64,000 nt of DNA from Macrostomum lignano. Taxonomy: Eukaryota. The first letter of the stretch is position 1. Each line of letters starts with the position of its first letter. The notes beneath the pieces were generated by a model that had not been told where the DNA came from, did no database searches, and saw only the letters and a program-made list of their open reading frames with translations. The position numbers were made by a program, and so were the translations under genes. Below are positions 12,114 through 24,395 of this stretch, in pieces. Where the stretch lies: NCBI GenBank assembly GCA_002269645.1, contig NIVC01000980.1:372001-436000 (forward strand). The letters are read 5' to 3'.

Positions 12114-13297
12114 TGTGCAGCTCATATCGGAGCAGAAACGTAATGAAATATGCGAGAGGTTTTACACAAAATTTGTGATAATCCGTGATTCATGTTTTTA
12201 AAAAGCTTTAAACTGTCTTACGAATAGCATTGAGTCATTCAGTTTGTTTAAATGACCTCACAATAGCGCGGTACAAACTTGACTAATAAAGCAACAATAA
12301 TCGAAGGAGGCAAAGAAAAATTACGTATGCATATAATAATAGTAAAGAATAAAAATTACTTGTCCCGGGCGGGCTTCGTTATTGAATAATAATTGAAAAC
12401 TGCAAAGTTCTATCTTTGTTCAAGTGAGCAGTATTTGTTAAGCTGTTTATGCGTTTTAAATATTGATTAATATGCGATGCGCTGGATTGGCAGTCATGTA
12501 GAATTAATAAACAATGACTAAAACTTACCGTTTTTTCAAGATATTTAGAGGTAAAAAGTAAACTGACTTAGCAAAATAAATCATTTACGAACAAAAGAGC
12601 TAACTTGTATATATGCCTTGTGCATTGAGTATAATATTATATAACAGAAGTCAGTTAGAAACGAGCTTAAAAACTATTGGTAAAAGGGTCGTAAAAAACC
12701 GATATTCCCTCAATGACCAAACACGAGCCGTCTGTCGGTGTGATAGACGGTTCCAATAAAAAGGAAAACACAAACAAACACTGACAAACAAATAAAAAAG
12801 AAACAAAACACACAGACTAGTATAAGAAGATTGGGACAAAAAAGCACAACAGTCTTCTTTAGGATAATGCGTCTAAGAGGAAGCAGAGGTTGAGAGGGGA
12901 GATTAGATATTTAGCAATAGAAATATGTCGTTACTACGTGGATAGGGCGCTCAGCATGCTTTTTTGTCAGCATTTGCTATCTACTTACTGTTAGTAGTGC
13001 TTCGTGTTAGCGCAGTGTTGGCAGTCGCATTTCAGTGTCTCTAGTTTCTAAGTACACTATGTATGTATATTGTCTATGTACATTGCCAACGTACATTGTC
13101 CTTGGGGGCATCCACCTCACGCTATTTCTCTTCTAGCTTCAGTTCTAAATTTAGCCCAAAGTGATTCTCTATTGGCTGATAAATTAGCAGCCAATCAGAT
13201 TATGCTAACTGCAATGCGACTGAACAGCTGCATAGTTTTTCTTTAGTTACGTGCTGTCACTGATTAAAAACGCGTGCTTAGCTTATATGTAGAGCGC

Positions 13298-13462
13298 TCA
13301 GGCCACAGCCTCCGCCGCATTGGGCCCGGCCTCATCGTCGTACTCAACCGACGGGTTGCTCTTTAGAAAATGGGCCAGCTGGTTATTGGATAGGCTGGAG
13401 TTCATCGACCGGCGATCCATATCAGAGTCAAGCCCCATCCTGAAAGCGTTCACAACGCGAAC
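13298..13462 (-). CDS. PMCA: PMCA alternative terminal exon (short tail, VRVVNAFRMGLD...)
   Basis: CCCCCTCTCTCTCTCTAG|GTT acceptor in phase 0. VRVVNAFR matches IRVVNAFR of b-type PMCAs. 54 codons then TGA. Confidence 0.87.
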   Translation of the reverse strand, partial: VRVVNAFRMGLDSDMDRRSMNSSLSNNQLAHFLKSNPSVEYDDEAGPNAAEAVA

Positions 13463-14221
13463 CTAGAGAGAGAGGGGGGAAAAGGGGCTTAAGTTAACGG
13501 CCATTTGATTTAAGTTTGCGGTTTGTTAACATTACGAGCTCAAAGCGAACCTGCGAAAAGCTTTTTTCACAGTTTTTGGCTGGAAAACTCAATAAATAAC
13601 GACATCAAACAGGTCACGCCGAAACTTATTTAAAAATTATAAAATAATATTATAATTATAAACATCGCTTAATTAGCAATGTAGTGCAAGCTGGGATCAG
13701 CTGGGATCAATTCAGTGCAAGCATGTTTGGTGTGCGTGTCTGTGTGCTCGCGCGCAGATGAGAATTTTCTAATATATTACTTACTAACGTCTGTGATTTC
13801 AGTAGCAAGTGGCAAAAAAGATCCAATTTTAATAGAATTGTTTGAAAAAGATGACTCCAGGCCCTGACGGCACCAGAATAGGTGAATGAGGAACTGTAGT
13901 TTGGTTCTGATTGTCTATTCGTAGCATATTAACCTGGACTCCGGGGCAACGATTGATACATTGACTATATGTACCGGCGAAGCAGAGTCGTGCTAAAAAT
14001 CTGACCTTTAGGAATACCGAACGATAAGAGAGATCAACTTTTTAAAATCTGTGATAAATAAAGAGTAGGATAAAGTGCAAGTTTGTTTTCAGTGTGCCTG
14101 TGCAGAGCGGGTTACACGGAGAAGCAGCGGCGCAACTGTTGCTCATTTAATCTTCTAAAAAATTCTAGCAGTCGCACTTTTCACTTTCTATTAGAAGGTC
14201 CTGATCGCTTTGGCTATCTTA

Positions 14222-14712
14222 AATGGGGTAAGGGGGTGCAGCCAATTAAACTGGGGTAAGCTAGAATGCAGCCAATTAAACTGGAGTAAGGGTACAGCCA
14301 ATTAAACTGGGGTAAGGAATACAGCCAATTAAACTGGGGTAAGGGGTGCAGCCAATTTAACTGGGGTAAGGGATGCAGCCAATTAAACTGGGGTAAGGGG
14401 TGCAGCCAGTTAAACTGGGGTAAGGAGTGCAGCCAATTAAACTGGGGTAAGAGATGCAGCCAATTAAACTGGGGTAAGGGGTGCAGCCAGTTAAACTGGG
14501 GTAAGGAGTGCAGCCAATTAAACTGGGGTAAGAGATGCAGCCAATTAAACTGGGGTAAGGGGTGCAGCCAGTTAAACTGGGGTAAGGAGTGCAGCCAATT
14601 AAACTGGGGTAAGGGATGCAGCCAATTAAACTGGGGTAAGGGGTGCAGCCAGTTAAACTGGGGTAAGGAGTGCAGCCAATTAAACTGGGGTAAGGGGTGC
14701 AACTAGTTAAAC
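14222..14712. repeat. 27-bp minisatellite, about 18 copies
   Basis: Unit CAGCCAATTAAACTGGGGTAAGGGGTG. Confidence 0.95.
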
Positions 14713-15404
14713 TTGATCAATTAGTGACCTTCTTGGATTGGTCGTATGCTGGCTGAATGCCTTGCAGAGTGGATCGCTAGCGCATTGGAATTTTCAAGTG
14801 CAAACAAACACAGCTTAACAAAAGAACAATTTCATGGGAGTCGAAGGTATAAAAAACGGCAAGGTAGGACGACCACGATGGACACAGGCAGGACGAGACA
14901 CGTTGACGAGATGTGGGTTGAGACAATTTTTTGACGTTGCTGGGAGATAGATAATGAAGCGGACGAGAAGCTGTGCTCGGACTGAGGGCTAAAGCTCACT
15001 TGCCGTCTAACTGTTGAACTGAGCCGAGGTTCGGTTGTTATACGGATGTTCCAGGTCATTTTTTAGCTCCTGCCTTCAGTAACTTTCAGACCGATTCTAT
15101 TAGGAGTTGTTTCGCGCACATCTTAGCCAGTTTGCCTTTACTGTGGCCTGTTTTAGATTTTCTAACTTAAGCAGTACCCCTCCACCGACTGAGTTGGCAT
15201 GGCTTGGCAAGGACAGCAGTAGTGATGTGAAAGAAACAAAAAATTCATGATGATTTGTACGATAGATAGAAAATTGCCTGCGAAAAGAGACGCTAACAAG
15301 ATAAGAAAACAAAAACTGTTGACGTCGGAGTGGTCTGCGCAACTTTAGAGAGTTAAGGGAGAAAGAAGATAGATGGTGAGAATCATGATGAGAGCTGCGG
15401 TGGA

Positions 15405-15786
15405 GACAGTGTGAGAGTCAGGGTGGAGTCAGTGTGAGAGTCAGGGTGGAGTCAGGGTGAGAGTCAGGGTGGAGTTAGTGTGGAGTCAGTGTGAGAGTCA
15501 GGGTGGAGTTAGTGTGGAGTCAGTGTGAGAGTCAGGGTGGAGTTAGTGTGGAGTCAGTGTGAGAGTCAGGGTGGAGTCAGTGTGAGAGTCAGGGTGGAGT
15601 CAGGGTGAGAGTCAGGGTGGAGTTAGTGTGGAGTCAGTGTGAGAGTCAGGGTGGAGTTAGTGTGGAGTCAGTGTGAGAGTCAGGGTGGAGTTAGTGTGGA
15701 GTCAGTGTGAGAGTCAGGGTGGAGTTAGTGTGGAGTCAGTGTGAGAGTCAGGGTGAGAGTCAGGGTGAGAGTCAGGGTGGAGTCAA
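15405..15786. repeat. Modular 11-12-bp repeat (GAGTCAGTGTGA / GAGTCAGGGTG / GAGTTAGTGTG)
   Basis: Lies just 3' of the stop of the long PMCA terminal exon. Confidence 0.9.
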
Positions 15787-15829
15787 GATAATAGTGGTGA
15801 TGCCTACAATGCTGAGAGTCAGGACGCGG

Positions 15830-16294
15830 TCACACAGCGGGCGGGTCCTCCTCAACGATGGAGGCGCCGCCGGCGCTGGCTCCCGCGCCGAGCTGCAGGT
15901 GGCCGGAGCCGCCTAGCGGGCCAACCCAGTCGATGGAGTGGCTCTTGCCGCCAACTTGTGCGTGCGCGCGAAACACCCCCCCACTGGCAGCCCCGGCAAC
16001 GACGGCACTGGCGGAGCTGCCACCAGCCACTGCGGTCACCCTGCCGACTCCGTCTAAGCCGCCGACGCTGGAATCGGGCAGCGCGGAGGCCGATTCGGCG
16101 TCCTCGGCAGGGTGACCGGCGCCGCCGCTGCCGCAGGCGACGGCATCGTCAGCGGAGGCAAAGCGGGTCATGGGCCTGGGGTGGGTGTTCGACCGGCGGT
16201 AGAGCAGCATCTGGCGCTGCCGGCGCAGCTCAATGAAATCCTTGCGATCCTCCAAGTCCTCCAGGGTGCTTTTGAAGGCGCGGACGACGCGCAG
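15830..16294 (-). CDS. PMCA: PMCA alternative terminal exon (long tail, LRVVRAFKSTLEDLEDR...)
   Basis: ACGCAG|CTG acceptor in phase 0. Completes the CaM-binding motif QTQ-LRVVRAF. 154 codons then TGA. Confidence 0.85.
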   Translation of the reverse strand: MRVVRAFKSTLEDLEDRKDFIELRRQRQMLLYRRSNTHPRPMTRFASADDAVACGSGGAGHPAEDAESASALPDSSVGGLDGVGRVTAVAGGSSASAVVAGAASGGVFRAHAQVGGKSHSIDWVGPLGGSGHLQLGAGASAGGASIVEEDPPAV

Positions 16295-17656
16295 CTGCGT
16301 GGATTTTGATGCGGTTCGGAGATCGAGGGGGAAACGTGTTGGCTTGGCCGGTTGGGAGGCAGAGGTTGGCACTGGACGCAATTGGGGATTCCCTAGTTAC
16401 GGAAACTCCGAGGCTGGTGGAGCGGGCTGCCTCAAGTGAGCCGCGCAACTCGCTGGCATCCGACTCGAAGTCGTGCTTGACTACCGCTGAGCCTTTCCCT
16501 CCCTCTCCCTCTCCCCTCAGCCTCTCAGCCTCTCCCTGTCCCCGTCTATCTCTCAGCCTCACTCTAGACTCTAGCTTTCCCCTTCTTTTCTTCTCTATAA
16601 ATCCTTTCCCTCTGTATCCGCCTCTATTGTTCTCGTCGCGTCACGCAGGATTTCTGCGCGCTACGCAGGCCTCTGCGGAGCTGAACCGCGAACTCGCAAG
16701 GGCATGGGGGCAAACGGGAGGGCAAAAAGAAGGTCAAACAAAAAGGTGAACAAAAAAGTGCCTGAAAACTCAAGTGACAGAATGTGTACGAGCATCGCTA
16801 CTGCCCCCATCTCAATTTAGTAGTAAGAAGCGGGTGCGCGTGTTATCATACGAGTACTATAGAATATAAAATCAATGTAGCTAGCTCGTAAAATAAGTTC
16901 CGTGTCAACTAAAAATGACTTGTGTTCCACTTAAAGAGCTGTGAAGAAGACTTAAAAAAGTTTAGCAAGTTAAGCTTGAAATAATATAGCAAAGCACTCG
17001 TAGCATTCTAACTTGGCTACTAAATTGGGGGAAAAGATAGCTAAGCAACTTTAAAGCAAAATTCCTATAACGGTAGGAAACTTATAGTTATGGTGACTTT
17101 TTTTAGAAAATACATGCATAATTCCATTAATCCAACACCATGCTTACACCAACAGCTAAAGGTAATTAGCTAGCTGATCGTGGAGCAAGGATGCTTACGA
17201 GCGTAATTATCTATATGTACAGTACTAATAAAGATTTAGCAAAGGAATAGTTATCGTCATCGATGCCACTAACTGAAGATAAAGCAAATTATCGAAAATA
17301 TCAGAATCATGCAATCAAATGTTAGAACCGAAAGATAAATGAGAATGCTATTGTTACTACTCAGTAATAAGAATATGCGTAGTATTTGTTGCAAAATAAA
17401 CTGAGTTGGAATTTGGAAGCAACAAACAAAATATGCACAAACTGCTACACAATGGCTAATGATATCCGTGTTTCAGTTAAGAATCTACCTCGTAGATAAG
17501 AGGAACTTATTAGTAGCAAGCTTGCCAAAAGAAAAATGCAATCTACTAAACAGGTTTCGAACGGCTAAAATGAAAGAAAGTAGTGTATATACTGCAGTGT
17601 GCAGATCCAACACCGACATGTGTCTGAAGTTGGCTGGAGCTGTTCTAGCTACTTAC

Positions 17657-17665
17657 CGTTTGCAT
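17657..17665 (-). CDS. PMCA: PMCA candidate 9-nt microexon (MQT) at splice site C
   Basis: Minus strand reads CTCCTTCCCTCCCTTTTTATTCCTGCAG|ATGCAAACG|GTAAGT. Long pyrimidine tract, consensus donor, phase 0 to 0. Confidence 0.62.
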
Positions 17666-19328
17666 CTGCAGGAATAAAAAGGGAGGGAAGGAGACAGTGG
17701 AGCGGGAGGTACGGTAGGCAATAACGGAGCCATTGGTGAGAATTATACTATTCATTTAAGGGAACACATATTGGAAAAATAAATCCGGAAGAGTAAACTT
17801 AACTTGAACTATAGTAAGTCGGCTAAACTATATTTAAGCGAATTTTATTTAGCTTACTTTGAATTACCTTTCTAAGTTGAAAGTATGACAAAATAATAGA
17901 TCTTACTTTCCATAGTATAAATAAGAGTAAATAAAAAAATAATACAGATAGAAAATAATCATATTAATTCAGATAAATTTTTCGAATCGAAAAAAATATA
18001 TAGATGGGGTTGATTATATGTAGAAATAAATTTAACTTGTAATCTAAATATAGTTATTTACAAAATATTTTGTTCGCGATTATAAACCGGATATCGATTA
18101 AATCGTTTACAAAAATATTGTTGCCAATATTAGCAGACCAATCGATAACTATTCAAATAATGGCCAACGTGTTTCAGAAAATTTATTTTAAAAGCACTCT
18201 GCATCTCTACATTCATTATTCTAAACCTAAATGGTGCTTTTTTTCCAGTAAAACAACAAAAATGTCAATTAAATGTTTTAATTTATACGCTTTCATTGCC
18301 GCCACAAATTCACGTCTGCTATATTTAGCTGGTAGAACGAAAAAGAAACGATATTTTCAAACACGAATAGTTTGTTAAATTAAAATTTTGCGTGCGTTTG
18401 TTTTTAGCGCTCGATAGTAAAACGCGCAAAAATCGATAGAAACACGCGTAGAATTTCGCTATTTGACAGTTTCTAATGATCGTTAATTATTAAAATACAA
18501 TAATGTAGTTCGTATAGAGATGCCAGTATATGCGTAAACAAAATAACGTACTGTAGATATAAAGTAGTGCTTTGGACAGTAATAGTAGTTCAAGATGAAG
18601 CGAGACGAGATGACAGCGTTGCTTGTTTTACAATAAGGATAAAAATAATTTTTATCTTTAAAAAAGATTTTCGATAAACTTTACACCGAAAATCAAAAGT
18701 TACGGTGCAGATTTTTTAAGTAGCTCCAACGCCTTTCTTTGTTCCATTAGTTATTTTTTATGTTAGAACTACGAGCGTATATAGACACTACAAGCAATGG
18801 TAAAATTTCAGTAAATATTGAAACCACAAATAGAAGGAAGCAGCCTATATAGCTAATCAAGCGACAACACCGTATATAGTCGAGGTGGCAGGCTTGGGTT
18901 AAACTAAAGCGGTTGAGCGTGTATTTTTAGTATTTATGTTCTGTCAGGATGGGAGAGTAAAACACGACTTGAATTAGAGACTATAACAGAACTAAGGATA
19001 TAATCGATATAAATATGACACAGTATAAATAATGATAAACAAGCAATGGGCGTAATATACGAGCTAGTAGTGATGCTAACTGTACGTATTTGATAAACAA
19101 AGCATGCTAAAATTGTTTATTGATTTTGTTAGTTTGAACAAAACATGATTAACTATATAAGCTACACACGTCGCTATAAGCTTTTAGGTAGCCGCTGGGC
19201 CGAACTCGATGAGTTTTAAGAGTTGTTTCTTGACTCTCAGTTATCTTTCTTTTGTAGCTCCTCTTCTTCCGACTCATTTAATGGCTGCTGATCTTGCTTT
19301 TCCTGCTGCTGCTGCTGTCCGCGGCTGC

Positions 19329-19469
19329 TCAGCAGCCTGTCGCTGCTATTGGAACTCGGAGGCCCAGCCGCCTGCCGACTCCAACTATGGTCATTCGGCG
19401 CTCTTCGATCTTGCGCAGAGCCGACACCATCCAGGGATCGATTGAGCGCAACTCGTCTGCCCGTCGGCG
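19329..19469 (-). CDS. Candidate additional PMCA alternative terminal exon
   Basis: GC-rich island in AT-rich intron. CTGTACAG| acceptor. Phase-0 frame RRRADELRSIDPWMVSALRKIEERRMTIVG..TGC-stop. AATAAA on the minus strand at 19116-19121. Confidence 0.4.
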   Translation of the reverse strand, partial: RRRADELRSIDPWMVSALRKIEERRMTIVGVGRRLGLRVPIAATGC

Positions 19470-19914
19470 CTGTACAGTTGTTGTTGTTGACAAATGAAAG
19501 GTGAGGGAAATTGTAAAGGGGTTTGCGGATTGGGCGCGTCTTATTAGCACATGTATTGAGTCGGGTTGGCCGCTACTAAACCTCAATCGAATGAATAAGC
19601 CGATGAGTTTTCACTTAATCCGCTAGCGCTCTTAGGGCATCCAAGCGCTCTGGAAGAAGACCCCTTCCGTGAACTTACGAGAAAATGACAATTAAGCCTG
19701 ATCAGATCAGTGCATACAAACAATTGGGGCTGTTAAAGAGAGACCTTTTAACAATTGGATAGGAATCATTTTAAGTGTTAGTAACTGCGATTTAGTGTGT
19801 CAAAAACAGCACTCAAGGTGTAAAAAACAATGACGCCTCGATCGGGTGTTAGGAATGGCACTGCAGGTACCAACGATGGCATTTTTGTGTCTACCCTTCT
19901 TCTGTCAGGAAGAA

Positions 19915-20690
19915 TAAAGCTGTTTGAGCGTTGACACTTAATTGAGATGTCAAGAAGAATACCTGTTTGAGTGCTGACACTTAATTGAGATGTCAGGAAG
20001 AATACCTGTTTAAGCGTTGACACTTAATTGAGATGTCAGGAAGAATACCTGTTTGAGTGTTGACACTTAATTGAGATGTCAGGAAGAATACCTGTTTGAG
20101 TGTTGACACTTAATTGAGATGTCAAGAAGAATACCTGTTTAAGCGTTGACAATCGAGATGTCAGGAAGAATACCTGTTTGAGTGTTGACACTTAATTGAG
20201 ATGTCAGGAAGAATACCTGTTTGAGTGTTGAAACTTAATTGAGATGTCAGGAAGAATACCTGTTTAAGCGTTGACAATCGAGATGTCAGGAAGAATACCT
20301 GTTTGAGTGTTGACACTTAATTGAGATGTCAGGAAGAATACCTGTTTAAGCGTTGACAATCGAGATGTCAGGAAGAATACCTGTTTGAGTGTTGACACTT
20401 AATTGAGATGTCAGGAAGAATACCTGTTTGAGTGTTGACACTTAATTGAGATGTCAGGAAGAATACCTGTTTAAGCGTTGACAATCGAGATGTCAGGAAG
20501 AATACCTGTTTGAGTGTTGACACTTCATTGAGATGTCAGGAAGAATACCTGTTTAAGCGTTGACAATTGAGATGTCAGGAAGAATACCTGTTTGAGTGTT
20601 GACACTTAATTGAGATGTCAGGAAGAATACCTGTTTAAGCGTTGACAATTGAGATATCAGGAAGAATACCTGTCTGAGCGTTGAAATTTG
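19915..20690. repeat. About 43-bp minisatellite with a shorter variant, about 18 copies
   Basis: Unit GTTGACACTTAATTGAGATGTCAGGAAGAATACCTGTTTGAGT. Confidence 0.95.
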
Positions 20691-23600
20691 CAATCTATAC
20701 CTAGTCAAATGACAAAATTTCAAGTATCAGTACGCTGGTAACAGCCCCGGTGTCAAGAATGGCGCTGTAGGTGTCAGGAACACCACTTTAAGGATTCAGT
20801 GAGGTTAGAGAGGTTGGTTCCCAATAGTGAGTTTGCTAGGCTAGCAGATAAGATCACTCATCGGAGAATGCATCCGATTTCGGCTTAAAAAATTGGCTCG
20901 AAAAACCGAATAAAAAATGTCATATGCAGGAAAATGACGTATTGCTATAAGATACATGTGGTAATTTTGTAAGTGCGCTATTTAAAACCCGCATGCCACA
21001 TGACTGAGGTATTTTTAATAACTACGTAGTAGCAGTAGAAGAATGGAATTTTATTAAAAAAACCGGCCTTCTAATTTTTATTGGCCAGAGATTTATAACA
21101 TGTCTTAGTGTTGCGTGTTGAGCGATCCATCCTTCTACTTGAAGTTCTGTATACTCAAACCCATAACAATATATATTGGTAGTAGTATTGGTTTTAACTT
21201 ATTATATATATAAACTTACAGTGGTTACATATGGTAGCGATATAGATGGCATAAATATATTACTATATAAATATCGTATTGACAGCACATTTTCTTGTGA
21301 TCTTTTAGATATCTATATTTTAGATATTTATGTATAAGTTTGAATACGATTGTTTTGTTATACTGGTCTATCAACCATGCAGTTTTATTAGGAAATGTTT
21401 AATAAAGAAACAATTTTCTACTTGTATTTTGCTTCGATTAAGATAAATGTGATATTTATCATTGAGTATAGTTAGATACAAACTACGTAACAATATTCCA
21501 GGTTAATATGAGCATGACGAAGCAAAACGTGTGCAATGGTTTCAGATGAAATCAAATCAATTTGTCACTATATAATAGCAGATTGCTAAACATATTTGTT
21601 AGTTTAATGAAAAGTTGAGCTATCTATTTAGCATTATTTAAATTATAAAGTGCAAATTGCAAAGAATCTGATTACTTTTAATTATAAGTCTAAGTTTTGC
21701 GAAATAAGGTGCTACGGTGAGTAACGATTTGCAGTTAACAGAAAAAGTAAAAACAGGGAACGACTGGTTTATATAATACGGGCAACTCGATGGGATTACT
21801 AAACTCGGACGGCACGGCGCGGTTTAAGAAATGTTTTTTAAACACTTTTGTTAATTTTACATCGCTTCGTTTCTGAATATTTTTATTAATTATAATAAAC
21901 TATAGCTAATCACCTAACAACTTTTAATGTAGCTATCGATAATGGAAACGCAAAACTTAAATTTGCTACGTCAAAGCGAAGCTAAAATAATACGCTTGTT
22001 ATGTAATCATTTTTAAAAGCGAACATTAAATTGCTGGCAGTTTTTTAGCATGCGGTAGTTGATTATTCGGATATGCGAGTATTAATCGTGGTACAACAGT
22101 AAATATGATGGATAGTATATATAAGAATATTTTTTAATAATAGTATTCAATATTCACAATTATATTTGTTACGCCCCCCACTTTTCATTTTAAAAAATTC
22201 GATTGACAAATATTCAGCTGTGATTTTAATCTACATGTATCTACTACAACCTTAAGACTTTTACTCATTCGTTACTTTTATTTACATTTATAACGATATA
22301 ACTGCATATATATAACTCTATAACTTATTTAAACTGTGACTATATTTATCACTAAACATTGTATTGTCCAGATGAAATCCAAATCCGTTAAATCATATTT
22401 AACGAACGCGGATTTAGCTTTCAATTGTGGATTATAAGACGCCATGATATACATGTTCTATGTAGTTATTGATTTTAATGACTATTGTTTAATTGATATA
22501 CATGTGCATAATACATTCAAAGCTTACTTAATTAAACACGAAAGGCCGTAGGGGAGGCACAGACTTGTGAGGGTGGACTTGGGGCAAGAAAGATTATTAT
22601 ATGGGTCCTTGGCTGTGTGTACAAAGCCAATGTACAAAGGCTTGGTGAGTGGGGTGGGCAGAGAATAAACTTGTTTTGGACGCATACAGAATTATATATG
22701 TACGGCTCTGGGTGGTTTTGGGTTAGGTGGTAGGGCCTGTATGTACAATTGACACTATAGTAGCTATAATAGCTCGTACCTCCAAAGTCTAAACTCCAGT
22801 ACTCCAGCCCCAATTTTCATAGTAAAAAATGCAGCTAAAGCAAATGAATTAACTAGAGCAAGTTGATGTTATTTTTAAAAAGAATAAGTAAAAAATACAG
22901 AATTTGCTTACGTTTTGTTTGATTAACTACGGAGAGGCAGAGTCTGACTTGTAACACCGGAGAATATTGACGGCCGCTTGTTGACTTCTTCATGCTCAGT
23001 TATCACTTTTGTCGGATTCCAAATTTAGTATCCGCGCGGGAATAATTTTACCCATATTGGAGTGTAGATCGAGACATACGTGTACACATGTACAAAATGT
23101 ACAAGCTGGCGGTCAAAAGCCAGATATCAGGTTCTTTACATTCGGGGACTGGTGCAGGGGTTTGTGATGTTCAGGCTCAAGCTTTTGAAAGTGCAATTAA
23201 TAGATGGAAATAATTAACTCAGCAGCAACAGGCGATTGATCTCTCGTTGTCAACTTGGGGCAACAGTACAAAACAAACATTATTATATTGGAATAATCTT
23301 TCGAGTAATTTTGTGTGGCTGCATAGTTTTGGAAGATTCGATAACTCGTCTTCTGTTGGTACAAATAAAGAGATATCATGCGTTGCTGAGTATATTATTA
23401 GCCATATTTCTAAACTGCAAACCTCACTTTGAAAAGCTTTTTACATGTATGTAATATTAGCAATTTACTCCAGGTAATTGTATGTGTATAAGGTAAATCC
23501 GGACCCTCATTGCATAAGAAGAAAGAATTGACAACAGTGACGTACAACAATGGAGTCTTAACAGTAACAATAAGCATTAGCACGGATGCTTTGACTGCAA

Positions 23601-23767
23601 GCAGCACAGAGACAGACAAAAGCAACATAGTCAATTGGCTAGTTATAGCTAGCAAAGTCGCACCCAATCGTCTCTAGTGGCATTGATTATCTTACGGGTA
23701 TGCCCAACTTAATATTTTGTCTTAACTGATGAAAATGAAATCCGCAAAAGGCGAAAAAAATCTGCAA

Positions 23768-23842
23768 ATTTTTCATGTTAAATTGGTCTGTCACTTGAAA
23801 AAACGTTTAAAATAATGACAAGACCAATTTAACATGAAAAAT
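23768..23842. other. 75-nt near-perfect hairpin (pre-miRNA-like or tiny MITE)
   Basis: ATTTTTCATGTTAAATTGGTCTGTCA / TGACAAGACCAATTTAACATGAAAAAT, about 26-bp stem, one bulge, 22-nt loop. Confidence 0.5.
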
Positions 23843-24000
23843 CGATTAATGCGTCGTTAGAGCAGCATGTGAGGCACAAAATAGTGTGATTAGAACTTTC
23901 TCTGACACTGTTAAGAGACCCAATCACTGTTTTAGTGTTGAAAATCGTAAAATTTCCTATCTCCGTAGTGTCTTTTTCCGGTGAAACCTGCCTTTAAAAC

Positions 24001-24395
24001 TATTTCTAAACGAAAAGCTTTATGAATATCGATAGAGCAATAAGAAAGGCACAACATATCAAAAGATGAACTCTGGATCTGCCTCCCATCAAAAGCAATA
24101 ACAATTTATGTGCTGAAAAAATTAAAACCTCCTATCTCTGTAGTGTATTTTTTCGGCGAAAAGTTGCCTTCAAAATATTTACCATAGATTTCGAGTGTAG
24201 CGTCCTATATATATGTTTACTTGAGTAGTCCTTGAGGTTTTACTGTAAAAGTATACTACAGAGATAGAATAAATTCCTTTTTCAGCACATAAAGTGCTAT
24301 TGCTATTGATAGGAGGCAGACCCAGTGTTCATATTTCGATGCCTTGCCTTCCTCATAGCTCTATTAATACTCACAAAGCATCTCGTTTAGAAAAT
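24001..24395. mobile_element. MITE-like element with about 140-bp imperfect inverted arms
   Basis: 24001-24142 is the approximate reverse complement of 24255-24395. Related sequence at about 61083-61240. Confidence 0.55.

Noticed and set aside
16306-16749. Plus-strand and overlapping ORFs around the long PMCA terminal exon, and similar antisense ORFs over other PMCA, NELF-A and UFD1 exons
   Set aside because: They are shadow ORFs caused by GC-rich codon usage on the opposite strand.
20700-20790. Minus-strand ILDTGAVTSVL, resembling a retroviral aspartic protease motif; also LSAVFDTLN near 19790 resembling a LINE RT motif
   Set aside because: Both are short, bounded by stops and lack neighbouring domains, so they cannot be told from chance without a profile search.
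15100-23200. Other possible PMCA last exons (acceptors near 23198, 18230, 16680, 15275)
   Set aside because: Each gives only a short non-conserved peptide with no RVVxAF similarity, and such AG-plus-short-ORF matches are expected by chance.
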